Origin: Myxococcota bacterium
Lineage (GTDB): Bacteria; Myxococcota_A; UBA9160; UBA6930
Direction of reading: 5' to 3'
Length of the DNA: 64,000 nt
Assembly (NCBI GenBank): GCA_965223415.1
Contig: OZ245002.1
Span: 4,864,001-4,928,000, forward strand
The notes below the pieces were generated by a model. It did no database searches and was not told where the DNA came from. It worked only from the letters and a program-made list of their open reading frames with translations. The translations under genes were made by a program, and so were the position numbers. Shown piece by piece: positions 18,944-29,405 of the stretch. Each line of letters opens with the position of its first letter. The first letter of the stretch is position 1.

Positions 18944-21912
18944 TCTGTCCCGGCTGCGGCAAGGCGGCAGACGCGGGCAACCTCTACTGCTCCGGGTGCG
19001 GCGAGCGCCTCCAACCCCCCGAGGCCGACCGCCGTCAGCTCACTGCGATGTTCTGCGAGATGGCCGACTCGGCCGAGATCTCGAGCCGCCTCGATCCGGA
19101 GGAATGGCAGGCGCTCCTCCACGCGGTGCAGGCCGAAGCGGCCACCGTGGTCGAGCGCCATGGCGGGTTCATCGCCCAGTACCTGGGGGACGGACTCCTC
19201 GTCTACTTCGGCTACCCCCTCGGGCACGAAGACGATGCCGAGCGTGCCATGCGCGCCGCGATCCAGGCGGTGGAGCGGATCGACGGCGCCCGGCCGCGAC
19301 TGGGCACCCGCTTCGGGGTGCAGCCGCGGCTCCGCATCGGCGTCCACACCGGACCGGTGGTGGTCGATGCGCCCGCGACCGGGACGAGGCGCGAGCCCCT
19401 CGCCGTCGGTGACGCGATGAACCTGGCCGCCCGGGTCCAGGCAGAGGCCGAACCGGGCACCGTCGTCGCCAGCGCCGCCTCCTGCGCGCTCGCACCCGGC
19501 GTGTTCGAGCTGGAGAGCCTGGGGACGCGCCGGCTGCGCGGGGTCCGCGATCCCGTGGCGCTCTTCCGGGTGCGGGCCGCGCGAGAGGGAGCCCGCTTCG
19601 ACCTGGCGACGTCCCGCGGCCTGAGCCCTCGCGTGGGCCGGGAGGCCGAGCTGCGAACCCTTCGCGTGAGCTGCGAGAAGGTGGCCCAGGGCGAGGGCCA
19701 GATCGTTCAGGTCGCCGGTGAGCCCGGGATCGGCAAGTCGCGCTTGATCGAGGAGCTGCGCAGCGAGCTGGCACCGGACGCCCCTCGCTGGCTCTCCTGC
19801 CCCTGCTCGGAGCTCCAGCGGAACCACCCGTTCCACGCGATCTCGGCGGGCCTCCGCTCGTGGCTCGGCGATCGCGCCGACCCGGTAGAAGCCCTGGGCT
19901 CGCTCGGTGTCGACCGATCCGGCGCGGCCGTCGTGCTCCGTGCCCTGGACCGACCGCTCCCCGAGGGCCTCGAGCCGCCCCAGGGGCCGCCGGACGAGCT
20001 GCGCGAGCGCACCCTCGAAGCGCTCACCAGCTGCCTGCTCGGCTTCGCTGCCGAGTCCCCCTTCGTGCTGCTCGTCGAAGACCTGCACTGGGCGGATCCC
20101 TCCAGCCTCGAGCTCCTCCGCGGCCTGCTCCCGGCGGTGGCCGGGCGGCACCTCCTGCTCCTGCTGACGCGCCGGCCCGCGCCTCCCACCTCCCTGCCGC
20201 TCCCGGACGGCGCGTTGGAGATCACCCTCGACGCCCTGGATCCGCGCGACACGGCGACGCTGATCGAGTCCGTGGCCGGGCGACCCCTCGCACCGGGCCT
20301 GGTCGAGCAGCTGGTGGCCCGAAGCGACGGCGTGCCGCTGTTCGCCGAGGAAGTGACCCGCCTGCTACTCGCGTCCGGCCACGACCTGGACCGGCCGCTG
20401 GCCCAGGCCGACGTGCCCATGACACTGCAGGATTCCCTCGAAGCCCGTCTCGACCAGCTGGGCCCGGCCAAGCCCGTCGCCCAGGTGGCCGCGGCCATCG
20501 GCCGCGAGTTCCCGGCCGGTCTCCTCGCCCGCGTCGTCGACCTCTCCGGGGAGGCGTGCGCCCGGGCGCTGCGCAGCCTGGCCCGGGCCCGCCTGATCGA
20601 GGCGGTCGACGAGGACGTCTGGACCTTCCGCCACGCACTGGTCCAGGAGACGGCCTACCGATCCCTGCTGCGCCGGACACGGCGGGAAATCCACGGGCGC
20701 ATCGCGGACGCCCTGCAAGGCCACTTTGCCGACCGGGTCGAAGGCGAGCCCCAGCTCCTCGCCCATCACGCCACCGAAGCCGGCCGCACCCTGCCGGCGC
20801 TTCACGGGTGGCTCGCGGCCGCCGGTGCCGCCGTGCATCGCGCGGCCCGCGTCGAGTGCGAGGCCTTCCTCGATCGCGGCGTCCCCCTCCTCGCTGACGT
20901 CGAAGACGGCGACACGCGGGCCTCTCTCGAGCTGACCCTGCTCCTCATGCGGGTCACCTGCCGTCTCGCGCGGGAGTGGTTCAGCGAGGCCGTCGTCGAC
21001 GATGCCCGGCGCGCCGAGCAGGTCTCGCGTCGCTTCGGGGACGATCCACGGCGGGTCTCGGTACTGAGCCTCCTGTGCATGAGCGAGTCCGCCCGCGGTC
21101 GCTACCGGGCGTCGCGCGGCGTGGGCGAGGAGGCGGTCCGGGCCGCCGACGCGCTCGGCTTCAGCCAGTCGCGGGCCGGGGCCTGGATGCCGCTCTCCCA
21201 GACCCTGCTCGCGACGGGAGACCTGCCCGGCACCCTGGAGGCCCTGGCCCAGGTCGAGCGCCTCGACCTCCCCGCCGAGACGAACGTCGCCGGCCTCGGG
21301 ATCTCCCATCCGCGGGCCCAGTGTCTCGCGATGGCAGCCCTGGCGGAGCACGCCCGGGGCGCCGACGACCGGGCGGACGCGCACCTCGATGCGGCGACTC
21401 GGATCCGGGCGGCCGATGGTGGCCCCCTGCCCGATCCCCTGCGCCACCAGGCCGTCGTGCGGCTGCTGCAGGGACGGGAGGAGGAGGCGCTCGAGTGTGC
21501 GGCCCTGGCGGTCGAGCGGCTTCGCGAGGCTGGTCAGCCCTGGGCGCTCTTGCTGGCACGGACGACCGAGCTGGCGGCTCGGGTCTGCGCGCGGAACGCG
21601 GCGGCGGCGCTCCCGGACCTCGAGCGCCAAGTGGAGCGACTCGAGGAAATCGGCCAATGCTCCCTCTCGCCCCTGCTCCGCGGCTCTGCCGCCCAGGGCT
21701 ACGCGCGGCAAGGCGACGACACGGCCGCCCAGGGCGCCCTCGACCAGGCCCTCGCCGCGGCCCGGGCGATCGGCGAACGTTATTCGGAGGCCTGGCTCCT
21801 CACCCTCGGCGCGGAGCGGCTGGGCCGGGATCCGGACGCCGCCGCCGGCGCCGCGGAGGCGATCGGAGCCTACGGCTGGGTGACGCGCGCCCGGGCCCTC
21901 GCCCGGCGCTGA
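18940..21912 (+). CDS. Zinc-ribbon / class III nucleotide cyclase / AAA (STAND) / TPR-like protein
   Basis: CPGC..CSGC, YLGDG, RIGVHTG, GDAMNLAAR, GEPGIGKS, VEDLHWAD, GVPLF.EE, FRHALVQE. Confidence 0.88.
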   Translation: MICPGCGKAADAGNLYCSGCGERLQPPEADRRQLTAMFCEMADSAEISSRLDPEEWQALLHAVQAEAATVVERHGGFIAQYLGDGLLVYFGYPLGHEDDAERAMRAAIQAVERIDGARPRLGTRFGVQPRLRIGVHTGPVVVDAPATGTRREPLAVGDAMNLAARVQAEAEPGTVVASAASCALAPGVFELESLGTRRLRGVRDPVALFRVRAAREGARFDLATSRGLSPRVGREAELRTLRVSCEKVAQGEGQIVQVAGEPGIGKSRLIEELRSELAPDAPRWLSCPCSELQRNHPFHAISAGLRSWLGDRADPVEALGSLGVDRSGAAVVLRALDRPLPEGLEPPQGPPDELRERTLEALTSCLLGFAAESPFVLLVEDLHWADPSSLELLRGLLPAVAGRHLLLLLTRRPAPPTSLPLPDGALEITLDALDPRDTATLIESVAGRPLAPGLVEQLVARSDGVPLFAEEVTRLLLASGHDLDRPLAQADVPMTLQDSLEARLDQLGPAKPVAQVAAAIGREFPAGLLARVVDLSGEACARALRSLARARLIEAVDEDVWTFRHALVQETAYRSLLRRTRREIHGRIADALQGHFADRVEGEPQLLAHHATEAGRTLPALHGWLAAAGAAVHRAARVECEAFLDRGVPLLADVEDGDTRASLELTLLLMRVTCRLAREWFSEAVVDDARRAEQVSRRFGDDPRRVSVLSLLCMSESARGRYRASRGVGEEAVRAADALGFSQSRAGAWMPLSQTLLATGDLPGTLEALAQVERLDLPAETNVAGLGISHPRAQCLAMAALAEHARGADDRADAHLDAATRIRAADGGPLPDPLRHQAVVRLLQGREEEALECAALAVERLREAGQPWALLLARTTELAARVCARNAAAALPDLERQVERLEEIGQCSLSPLLRGSAAQGYARQGDDTAAQGALDQALAAARAIGERYSEAWLLTLGAERLGRDPDAAAGAAEAIGAYGWVTRARALARR

Positions 21913-23765
21913 CGCAGGGCCCCGAGGAGCGGGAGCAGCAGCCCCAGCTCCGGTCCCAGCCCGCAGCCGCCGCCGGTGTTCGCGGCCTCCTTGTTCCGCG
22001 TCGCCGTCGTGCATTGGGGATCCGCGCCGTTCGGGTCACCGTTGCCCACGCCGTGGATCGACTCGCCGCCGTCGAAGTCGGTGCCGACCTGGCCGTCGTT
22101 GTCGATGCCGTCCTGGCACTGGGGGTCCTCGAGAATGCCGGCGGCCGAAGCGCAGCCCGGGTCCGACGGAAAGTCGGTAGAGCCGTCGCCGTCGTTGTCC
22201 ACGCCGTCGGCGCAGGCCGCCGGAAGGGGGAGCGCCGCCAGGGCGGCCGGCGTGAAGGCGTCCAGCCCGGCCTCCTCGCCGGTGGTCACGGCGACGGGAT
22301 CGATGACGTTGTAGAGGAGCCGCCGGCCGAGCGGCGCGACGCCCGACTGGGTCCCGACCAGGTACAGGCGGCCGGTGTGGCTCGAGTAGGCCAGGCTCGC
22401 ATCCCAACGGGCGACACCGAGACCGACGAGCTGGTTGAGGCCGCAGAAGGAGCCACAGGTCGAGGTGTCGATCTCGTAGATGCCGTCGACCAGCGGACTG
22501 GCCGTGTAGATCCTGGCGTTGGCGCTGTCGTAGGCGAGCCCGCGGAAGCCGTTCGCGGCCCCGAAGGCCAGGGGCCCGATGAGGGTGGTCGAGCTCGGCG
22601 ACGCGGGGTCGATCTCGACCAGGTCCTCGAACGTGCCGTCGGATTCGAGGGCCAGGAGCCGATCGTCGCTGGTGGCCGAGGTCGCGCCGGGATCGTAGGC
22701 GAGCGCCACCAGCAGGTCGGTCCCGTTCGCGATGGTGCCGACCGTCGCGAGGATGTCGCCGGTCGCCCGGTCGACGGTCACCACCGAATCGTCGCCGGAG
22801 GTCGGCACGACGCCGTAGAGGATGCCCGCGTCCGTGGACCAGGCGAGGCCCTCGACCACGTCGCCGGCCCCGTTCAGCGGGCCCAGATCGGTCCAGTTTC
22901 CGGGCAGGCCCGCGATGCGCAGGGCGTCGTCCGGGGTCGCGCCGTCGGCGTTCTCCGGCCCCGCGGCGCCCAGCAGCTCCACGCCCGCGTGGCTGACGTC
23001 GTTGCCGCAGACCCCTCCCGAGCAGACGCCGTTCGTGATCTCGTTGCAGCTCCGGCGGTCCGGCTCGATCCCCCCGAGGCCGTCGTGACAGCTGCACACG
23101 CCGCCGGTGGCGTTGCGGCCCGCGCTCAGGTTCGCGCACTCGGTGGCGTCGACACAGCCACCGCCACCGGCCGGCCGCATGATCTGGCACTCGTCCACAT
23201 CGACGTGGGGGAGACAGGCGTTGTGGCCGCGCTCGTGGGCGGTGACGCCGCCCAGGTCGCCGGAGTCGAGGGCGTCGACGGTGACGACCATGTACAGGTC
23301 CGGATCGTCGTTCGGGTTGCCGTCGCACGTGGGCCGCTGGGCGCAGCCGATCGCGCTGGGCGCCGCGCCCCCGCAGTAGGTCATGCTGTCGACCAGGAAG
23401 GCCCGGGAGCCGGGAAGGCCGGTTCCGCCGATCGTGGTGTACTCCGCCGCGCTGTCGAGCACGTCGAGGCCGTCGCCGGGCGTCCCGAAGGTCACGACCG
23501 GGACGCTGCGTTCGATGCGCGTGCAGCAGGGCGTATCGAACGGCCCGTGCCCGGCCTCGTACAGGCGCGTCGCGGTCGCCATCGCCTCGTCGATCCGCGC
23601 CTGCCAGTACGCCAGGTCCGTGCCGGCCCCCGCGTCGATCAGGTCCACGTGGACGAACCACGGGAGCTGGTGGAGATCGGCGGTGGGCGGCGCCGCTCCC
23701 AGGGGATGCGGCGCCAGGACCGACGCGCCGAGGACGAGGGCCAGGACGAGACCGGGGCGGCTCAT
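21870..23765 (-). CDS. Secreted Cys-rich zinc metalloprotease-like surface protein with C-terminal sorting signal
   Basis: Signal peptide; HERGHNACLPH (HExxHxxxxxH); propeller-like repeats; C.DG.DNDG repeats; C-terminal GGGCGLGPEL, TM helix, Arg-rich tail. Confidence 0.75.
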   Translation of the reverse strand: MSRPGLVLALVLGASVLAPHPLGAAPPTADLHQLPWFVHVDLIDAGAGTDLAYWQARIDEAMATATRLYEAGHGPFDTPCCTRIERSVPVVTFGTPGDGLDVLDSAAEYTTIGGTGLPGSRAFLVDSMTYCGGAAPSAIGCAQRPTCDGNPNDDPDLYMVVTVDALDSGDLGGVTAHERGHNACLPHVDVDECQIMRPAGGGGCVDATECANLSAGRNATGGVCSCHDGLGGIEPDRRSCNEITNGVCSGGVCGNDVSHAGVELLGAAGPENADGATPDDALRIAGLPGNWTDLGPLNGAGDVVEGLAWSTDAGILYGVVPTSGDDSVVTVDRATGDILATVGTIANGTDLLVALAYDPGATSATSDDRLLALESDGTFEDLVEIDPASPSSTTLIGPLAFGAANGFRGLAYDSANARIYTASPLVDGIYEIDTSTCGSFCGLNQLVGLGVARWDASLAYSSHTGRLYLVGTQSGVAPLGRRLLYNVIDPVAVTTGEEAGLDAFTPAALAALPLPAACADGVDNDGDGSTDFPSDPGCASAAGILEDPQCQDGIDNDGQVGTDFDGGESIHGVGNGDPNGADPQCTTATRNKEAANTGGGCGLGPELGLLLPLLGALRQRRARARARVTQP

Positions 23766-24397
23766 CGCAGGCGCTCCGCTGCGCGCTCGGCGTGGCGTGC
23801 CCGCATGGCGGCCAGGTGGGCCTCGAAGTCCGGATCCGCGCTGCGGCCGCCGCGCAGGGAGGCGGCGGCGGCAGGCAGGCCGGTCTCGGCCAACGACGTG
23901 GCCGCTGCCCGGCGTTGGAGCGTCTGCAGCTCCGCACCGTGATTCCGGCCGAAGCTCCACGTGGGGGCCGGGGCATTCAGGAGCCCGGCCAGCCGTCCGA
24001 GCGCGCGGGGATCCCGATCGGCCAGGTAGCCCAGGGCATGGGGAAGGGCCTGCCAGGCGCGGAAGGTGGCGCGATCTACCTGGCCGGTCCGGGGCACGGC
24101 GGCCCAGGCGTCGATGGCCTCGAAGGCGCCCGGCGCCCCGCAGTGGCCGAGGGCCACCAGGATCTTCCCGTGGTGCGCCGCCTCGGCCGCATCCGCCAGC
24201 ATCTCCGCCAGACGCTCGGCGCCCTCAGGCCCGATCCGCCGCGCCTCGGCGGCCGGGAGCCCCTCGTACCAGGTCAGGCGGACGAGCTCCTCGGCCTCGC
24301 CCGCATCCAGGGGCTGCCCTGCCGCGGCGACCGCCAGACCGAAGAGAAGGACGACGAGAGCACGGGCCGAGCGCAAGGTGAGCCTCCGGGTGGCCAC
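23762..24397 (-). CDS. Hypothetical secreted helical (HEAT-like) protein (start approximate)
   Basis: Signal peptide; ALG repeats; stop overlaps the next ATG. Confidence 0.55.
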   Translation of the reverse strand: MATRRLTLRSARALVVLLFGLAVAAAGQPLDAGEAEELVRLTWYEGLPAAEARRIGPEGAERLAEMLADAAEAAHHGKILVALGHCGAPGAFEAIDAWAAVPRTGQVDRATFRAWQALPHALGYLADRDPRALGRLAGLLNAPAPTWSFGRNHGAELQTLQRRAAATSLAETGLPAAAASLRGGRSADPDFEAHLAAMRARHAERAAERLR

Positions 24398-24450
24398 CCT
24401 AGCAGGTCGCGCCTGTTCCCTGGCACACGTTTGTGCCAATGTCCGCGGCC

Positions 24451-25689
24451 ATGGAGCCGGGGGCGGCGCGAGCGGTGGTCTTCCTCACGTCGAACGGTGT
24501 GGGGAACGCCTGGGTTCCGGACCAGGTCCTCGGCCTGCGCGCGCGCGGCGTCCCCGTCGAGCTCCACGCCCTGCACGCCGCGGAGCAGGACTTCCACGGC
24601 TCGGAGCGCATCGAGGCGCTGCGCGCCGAGACGCACCGCGTGTATCCCGTCGCATGGGCGGCGGTGGTCCGGGACCTGCTGCTCGCGCCCTTCCGCTTCC
24701 GCGGGCGCCTGCTCGGCGCCCTCGCCTCCGCCCTGCGTCCCGGTGAGCCGACCGCGCCGACGGATCGCCTGCGCCTCCTCGTCCAGCTGGCCGTCGCCGT
24801 GTCCTGGGCTTCGGGCCCGGGCGCACGAGCCGCCCACGTGCACGCGGACATGGCGCACTCCCCGGCCAGCGTCGGCATGCTGGTCGCCCAGCTCATGGGC
24901 GTGGGCTTCAGCTTCACGGGACACGCCAACGACCTGTTCGAGCGCCGCGTGGCCCTGCGGCGCAAGCTCGCCCGAGCGAACTTCGTGCACTGCATCTCCC
25001 GCTTCCACCGCGACCTCTACCTCCGTGAAGGCGGTCGGCCCGAGCAGATGGAGCTCGTCTACCTGGGGACCGAGGTGGCGCGATTCGCCCGGGTCGCCCC
25101 GTTCGAGCCCGCGCCGGGCACGGCACCGGTGGTGCTGGCCGCCGGCCGTCTCGTTCCCAAGAAGGGCTTCGACGTCCTCCTCGAGGCCTGCGCCCTGCTC
25201 CGCGGGCGCGACGTCCCGTTCCGGCTCCTGATCGCCGGCTCGGGCCCGGAGCGGGACCGCCTGCGCACGCGCGCCGCGGCTCCGGACCTGGCGGGGGTGG
25301 CCGAGATCACGGGCGAGGCCCTGCTGCAGAGGGAGCTCCCGGCCTTCCTCGGCGCCGGCAGCGTCTTCTGCCTGCCCTGCGTGCGGTCGCCGGACGGCGA
25401 CATGGACGGCCTTCCCCTCGTGCTGGTCGAGGCGATGGCGGCCGGCCTACCCTGCGTCTCGACGCGTCTCGTGGGCATCCCCGACCTCATCGCCGACGGC
25501 GAGACCGGCCTGCTGGCGGAGCCCGACGACGCCAGTGGGCTCGCCGACCGACTCGAGGTGTTGCTCGGCGACGCCGAGCAACGACGGCGCCTGGGCGAAG
25601 CCGGTCGCCGAGCCGTGACCGCCGGCTTCGACCAGGCCCAGCTCCTCGATCGCCTCGCCGCCCTGTTCCGCGAACGCCTAGCGACCTAG
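24451..25689 (+). CDS. Glycosyltransferase family 4 (WcaL-like)
   Basis: SFTGHAND, AGRLVPKKG, DGLPLVLVEAMAAG. Confidence 0.92.
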   Translation: MEPGAARAVVFLTSNGVGNAWVPDQVLGLRARGVPVELHALHAAEQDFHGSERIEALRAETHRVYPVAWAAVVRDLLLAPFRFRGRLLGALASALRPGEPTAPTDRLRLLVQLAVAVSWASGPGARAAHVHADMAHSPASVGMLVAQLMGVGFSFTGHANDLFERRVALRRKLARANFVHCISRFHRDLYLREGGRPEQMELVYLGTEVARFARVAPFEPAPGTAPVVLAAGRLVPKKGFDVLLEACALLRGRDVPFRLLIAGSGPERDRLRTRAAAPDLAGVAEITGEALLQRELPAFLGAGSVFCLPCVRSPDGDMDGLPLVLVEAMAAGLPCVSTRLVGIPDLIADGETGLLAEPDDASGLADRLEVLLGDAEQRRRLGEAGRRAVTAGFDQAQLLDRLAALFRERLAT

Positions 25690-27141
25690 TACGTCTCGCC
25701 ACTCCCCCCGGAGCAGGAGGGCCGCCATGAGGCCCCAGCTGAGCCCCGAGGCCCCGAGGGCCGCGAGCAGCTGCATCCAAGCAGGAGAGCCCGCATCGGC
25801 GACGAGGCGCGCCGCGCCGAGGCCCAGTGCCCCCGCTGCCGCCAACGCCGCGGTCGCCAGCAGGTCGCCCCGCAGACCGCGGAGCTGGAACTGGCGGGTC
25901 GCCCAGACGGCCACCCCGTAGCGCACCACGTCGGCGCACACGAGCGCGACGATCAGGCCCTGCAGACCGCCGAGCCGATAGCCGGCCGCGAGGAACGCCA
26001 CCAGGGCGGCGAGCTTCACGCCGTTGCTGAGCGCCATGAAGCGCGGCGCGCCGTGGGCCAGGAGCGCCGACTGGTGCGGGACCTGGACGACGTTGAACCA
26101 GGCCCGGATCGCGAGCAGCCCGAGCATCCAGCCGGCCTCCGCGTAGCGCGCGTCGTAGAGCGTGGCGATCAGCGGCTGGGCCGAGGCGCCCATGCACACC
26201 ACGACCAGGCCGCCCATCGCGAGCAGCGCCCGGCGGGTGCGCTGGAACACCGCCGCGAAGTCGTCACCGCGCTCCATGCTGCGGCTGAAGGCAGGGAAGG
26301 CCACCAGGGCGCCGAGCTTCGTCATCAGCTGGACGGGCAGGTGCGCGAACATGGCGGCGATGCTGTAGGCACCCAGCAGGTCCAGGGCGATGAGCTTGCC
26401 GAGCACCAGCCGATCCGTCTGGTCGGCGAGGAACGTGAGGAGCGTGCTCAGGAAGACCCATTTCCCGAAGCCGATCAGCTCCGAGAGCGCCGACCGGTCC
26501 CAGGCGGGGCGCGCGCGGTGCTCCGGCACCAGCCAGAAGCCCAGCGCCACCCGGGCGAGCTGTCCCGCCACGCCACCGATCACCAGCGCCCAGACCGTGG
26601 GCGACACCCACGCCCAGGCCACCATCGCCAGGGCCGGCGCCACCTGGCCGGCCAGCTCGATCGCCTCGAAGCGCGCCAGGGACATGTGCCGCTGGAGCCG
26701 GTAGACGCCGGTCGAGAAGAAGCCCTGCACCAGCAGCGCGAGCCCCGCCACCGGGAGCATGGCCCGCAGCTCCGGCAGCTCGTAGAAGGCGGCCACCGGC
26801 CAGGCGAAGGCGCAGACCAGGCCGAAGAGCGCGAGCCCGCGCAGGATCTGCACGCTGTAGGCCGTGTCGAGGAAGCGGGGATCGTCGCCGCGGGGGCTCT
26901 GGATGACGTTCAGGCTGAGCCCCAGGTCCGAGAACATGTGCACGCCGATCAGGAAGACGTTGACGATGGCCATCAGGCCGAACGCCTCGGGGAAGAGCAG
27001 GCGCGCCAGCACCAGGTTCGCGCCGAGGCGGATCGCCTGGCGCAGCAGGAAGCCGCCGGCGGTCCAGGCCGTGCCCGTCGCCGCGCGCGCGCGCAGCGAG
27101 CCCGGCGCGCCGCGAGTCCCCTCCCCCGTCTCCTCGCTCAC
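25678..27141 (-). CDS. Oligosaccharide flippase (Wzx-like)
   Basis: LARLLFPEAFG, FSDLG, DRLVLGK, LGAYSIA; many TMs. Confidence 0.9.
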   Translation of the reverse strand: MSEETGEGTRGAPGSLRARAATGTAWTAGGFLLRQAIRLGANLVLARLLFPEAFGLMAIVNVFLIGVHMFSDLGLSLNVIQSPRGDDPRFLDTAYSVQILRGLALFGLVCAFAWPVAAFYELPELRAMLPVAGLALLVQGFFSTGVYRLQRHMSLARFEAIELAGQVAPALAMVAWAWVSPTVWALVIGGVAGQLARVALGFWLVPEHRARPAWDRSALSELIGFGKWVFLSTLLTFLADQTDRLVLGKLIALDLLGAYSIAAMFAHLPVQLMTKLGALVAFPAFSRSMERGDDFAAVFQRTRRALLAMGGLVVVCMGASAQPLIATLYDARYAEAGWMLGLLAIRAWFNVVQVPHQSALLAHGAPRFMALSNGVKLAALVAFLAAGYRLGGLQGLIVALVCADVVRYGVAVWATRQFQLRGLRGDLLATAALAAAGALGLGAARLVADAGSPAWMQLLAALGASGLSWGLMAALLLRGEWRDVLGR

Positions 27142-27169
27142 GCCCGGGAGAGTAGCCGTCCGGCGGGCG

Positions 27170-28165
27170 TCACGAGCCGGTGGCCTGCTCCCAGCGGCTG
27201 CGCTGGCGGCCGCGCACGGTGCGCAGCAGCTTGTTGACCACCCGCCACTGGGGCCGTTCCGGGTTGACGATGGGCCCCTTCGCGGCGAGCCAGGCGTGCA
27301 CCTCCGGGCGCACGGCCTCGAAGTGGGCGAGGAAGGCCGGCCACTTCTCCGGCCACATGGACCCGCGGTAGTGGACGACCCTGGCCTTCTCCAGGATCCG
27401 GGGATCCGGGTGGGGAACCTCCGGCCGCATGGTCACGTTGTGGGTGCCCGGCAACGCCCGCCACTCGAGACCCGCGCGCAGCATCGCGAGCCCGAGCCCG
27501 ATCTGCTCGGAGTAGAAGACGCCGGCATCGGGGTGCCGCACGTCGCTGTCGAGGATCTCGACGATCACGTCGAAGTAGTGGCGACCGAGCCCCCGCCCCT
27601 TGCGGAACGCGAAGACACCGGAGTTGAAGTAGCAGCGGATGCGCTCGCCGGTCTCCTCGGTGGTGACCCAGGGCAGGTCGTCCAGCGACAGCCCCACCAG
27701 CTCGCAGATCGCCTTCCAGTAGCCGTCGTAGGGATCGGCGGGTCCGGAGGTGCCCGCGTTCTTCTCGTTGGGACAAGCGGCGAAGGCCTCGCCGGCCTCG
27801 AGCCGGACGGCGCCCGGCTCGCCGAGCACGAGCGTGTCGCTGTCCAGCCACACGATACAGTCGTGGCTCGCTTCGCGCTCGGCGACGAGGATCGCCTTCG
27901 GCTTGTTCATGAGGCCGAACCAGGCATAGCGAGGGTCGACCCGCTCCCGGATGTGCCGCACGCCGTGCGTGCGGAACACCGCGTGGGTCGATGGCAAGAG
28001 CGGACAGCCGCCCCGCGGCGTGACCGCCAGGATCTCCGCGTTCCGAAGCGCCCCGCCCCACGTCCGCAGGCTCTCGATCATCCGCACCGTCTGCGCCTCG
28101 AGGGGCCCGGACTCGACGCAGCACACGAAGCTCAGCGGGAAGGGCTCGTCCACGAGGCTCCTCAT
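27170..28165 (-). CDS. Putative GT-A fold glycosyltransferase (GT8-like)
   Basis: NKP, WLDSDT (DxD), YFNSGV, EQ, HY motifs. Confidence 0.65.
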   Translation of the reverse strand: MRSLVDEPFPLSFVCCVESGPLEAQTVRMIESLRTWGGALRNAEILAVTPRGGCPLLPSTHAVFRTHGVRHIRERVDPRYAWFGLMNKPKAILVAEREASHDCIVWLDSDTLVLGEPGAVRLEAGEAFAACPNEKNAGTSGPADPYDGYWKAICELVGLSLDDLPWVTTEETGERIRCYFNSGVFAFRKGRGLGRHYFDVIVEILDSDVRHPDAGVFYSEQIGLGLAMLRAGLEWRALPGTHNVTMRPEVPHPDPRILEKARVVHYRGSMWPEKWPAFLAHFEAVRPEVHAWLAAKGPIVNPERPQWRVVNKLLRTVRGRQRSRWEQATGS

Positions 28166-28364
28166 CGGCGATTGGCGGTGGGCGCTGAAGATGGCCCTCG
28201 CGAGCCGTGTCGGCATGCGAGGGAACGCTCGGTTCCTTGCGCGAGTCGACGGAGCGTAGCGGGGCCGGGGCCGACCGGCGGCCGTCCCGGGCGAAACCGG
28301 CGAGAGCGGCGCCCCCGCGCGAGACGTGGCACGCTCGGCTCCTCCCCCAACCGAGGAGCAAGCC

Positions 28365-29390
28365 ATGCGCGCCGCCCGCCTCGAAGCCGGCACCCTCCAG
28401 ATCCAGGACCTCCCCACCCCCGACCCCGGGCTCGAGGAGGCCCGGGTACGCATCCACGCCGCCGGCGTCTGTCACTCGGACCTCCACATCGTGCGCGGCG
28501 ACTGGGTCGGCGTGCCGGACACGATGCCCGTCGGGCACGAGGCGATCGGCACCGTCGAGGCCCTGGGCCCCGGCGCCGAGCGCTACATCGCCGTCGGCGA
28601 TCGCGTGATCCTCGGCCTCGGCGGCAGCGGCGGCGGCTACTGGTGCGGCGCCTGCGAGTACTGCCTCGGCGGCCAGCCCCGCCTGTGTGCCCAGACTCAG
28701 GGCATCATGGGCACCTTCTCCGAGCAGTTCTGCGTCTACGCCAAGTCCCTCGTGAAGCTCCCCGACAGCGTGGGCGACGAGGAGGCACCGCTCGCCTGCG
28801 GCGGCCTCACCGCCTACGGCGCCGTCAAGAAGCTCTGGCAACACCAGGTGCGCCCGGGCAGCCCCGTCGCCATCGTCGGCGCCGCGGGCGGCCTCGGTCA
28901 CTACGCGATCCAGATCGCCAAGGCCTTCGGCTACACCGTCGTGGGCGTCGACGTCGGCGAGGAGCGACTCAAATTCGTCGAGTCCCTGGGCGCCGATCTG
29001 GCCGTCAGCCCGGAGGACGCACCGGCCGCCGCCGAGAAGCTCGGCGGCGTCACCGCGAGCCTCGCCTTCACCGCGAAGATCGCAGGCTTCCAGCTCGGCC
29101 TGCAGCTCCTGCGCCGCAGCGGCCTGTTCGTCGCCGTCGGCATTCCGGCGACCAGCGAAGGCCCGCTCCAGATCAACCCCTTCGAGTTCTTCTACAAGGA
29201 CCCCACCCTGATCTACTCCGCCGTCGGCAACGTCCAGGACATGCGAGAGCTCGTCGACATGGCGGCATCCGGCCAGGTCAAGAGCCACATCGGCCGGGTT
29301 GCCAAGCTCTCGGAGCTGCCCGAGGTGTTCGACGACCTCGAGGCGGCTCGTTACGTGGGGCGCGCAGTGATCACGGACCTGGCGGGGTAG
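28365..29390 (+). CDS. Zinc-dependent alcohol dehydrogenase
   Basis: GVCHSD, GHE, CGACEYC..C, GAAGGLG; GAGGAG RBS. Confidence 0.93.
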   Translation: MRAARLEAGTLQIQDLPTPDPGLEEARVRIHAAGVCHSDLHIVRGDWVGVPDTMPVGHEAIGTVEALGPGAERYIAVGDRVILGLGGSGGGYWCGACEYCLGGQPRLCAQTQGIMGTFSEQFCVYAKSLVKLPDSVGDEEAPLACGGLTAYGAVKKLWQHQVRPGSPVAIVGAAGGLGHYAIQIAKAFGYTVVGVDVGEERLKFVESLGADLAVSPEDAPAAAEKLGGVTASLAFTAKIAGFQLGLQLLRRSGLFVAVGIPATSEGPLQINPFEFFYKDPTLIYSAVGNVQDMRELVDMAASGQVKSHIGRVAKLSELPEVFDDLEAARYVGRAVITDLAG

Positions 29391-29405
29391 CCAGGCGGGG
29401 CGATC

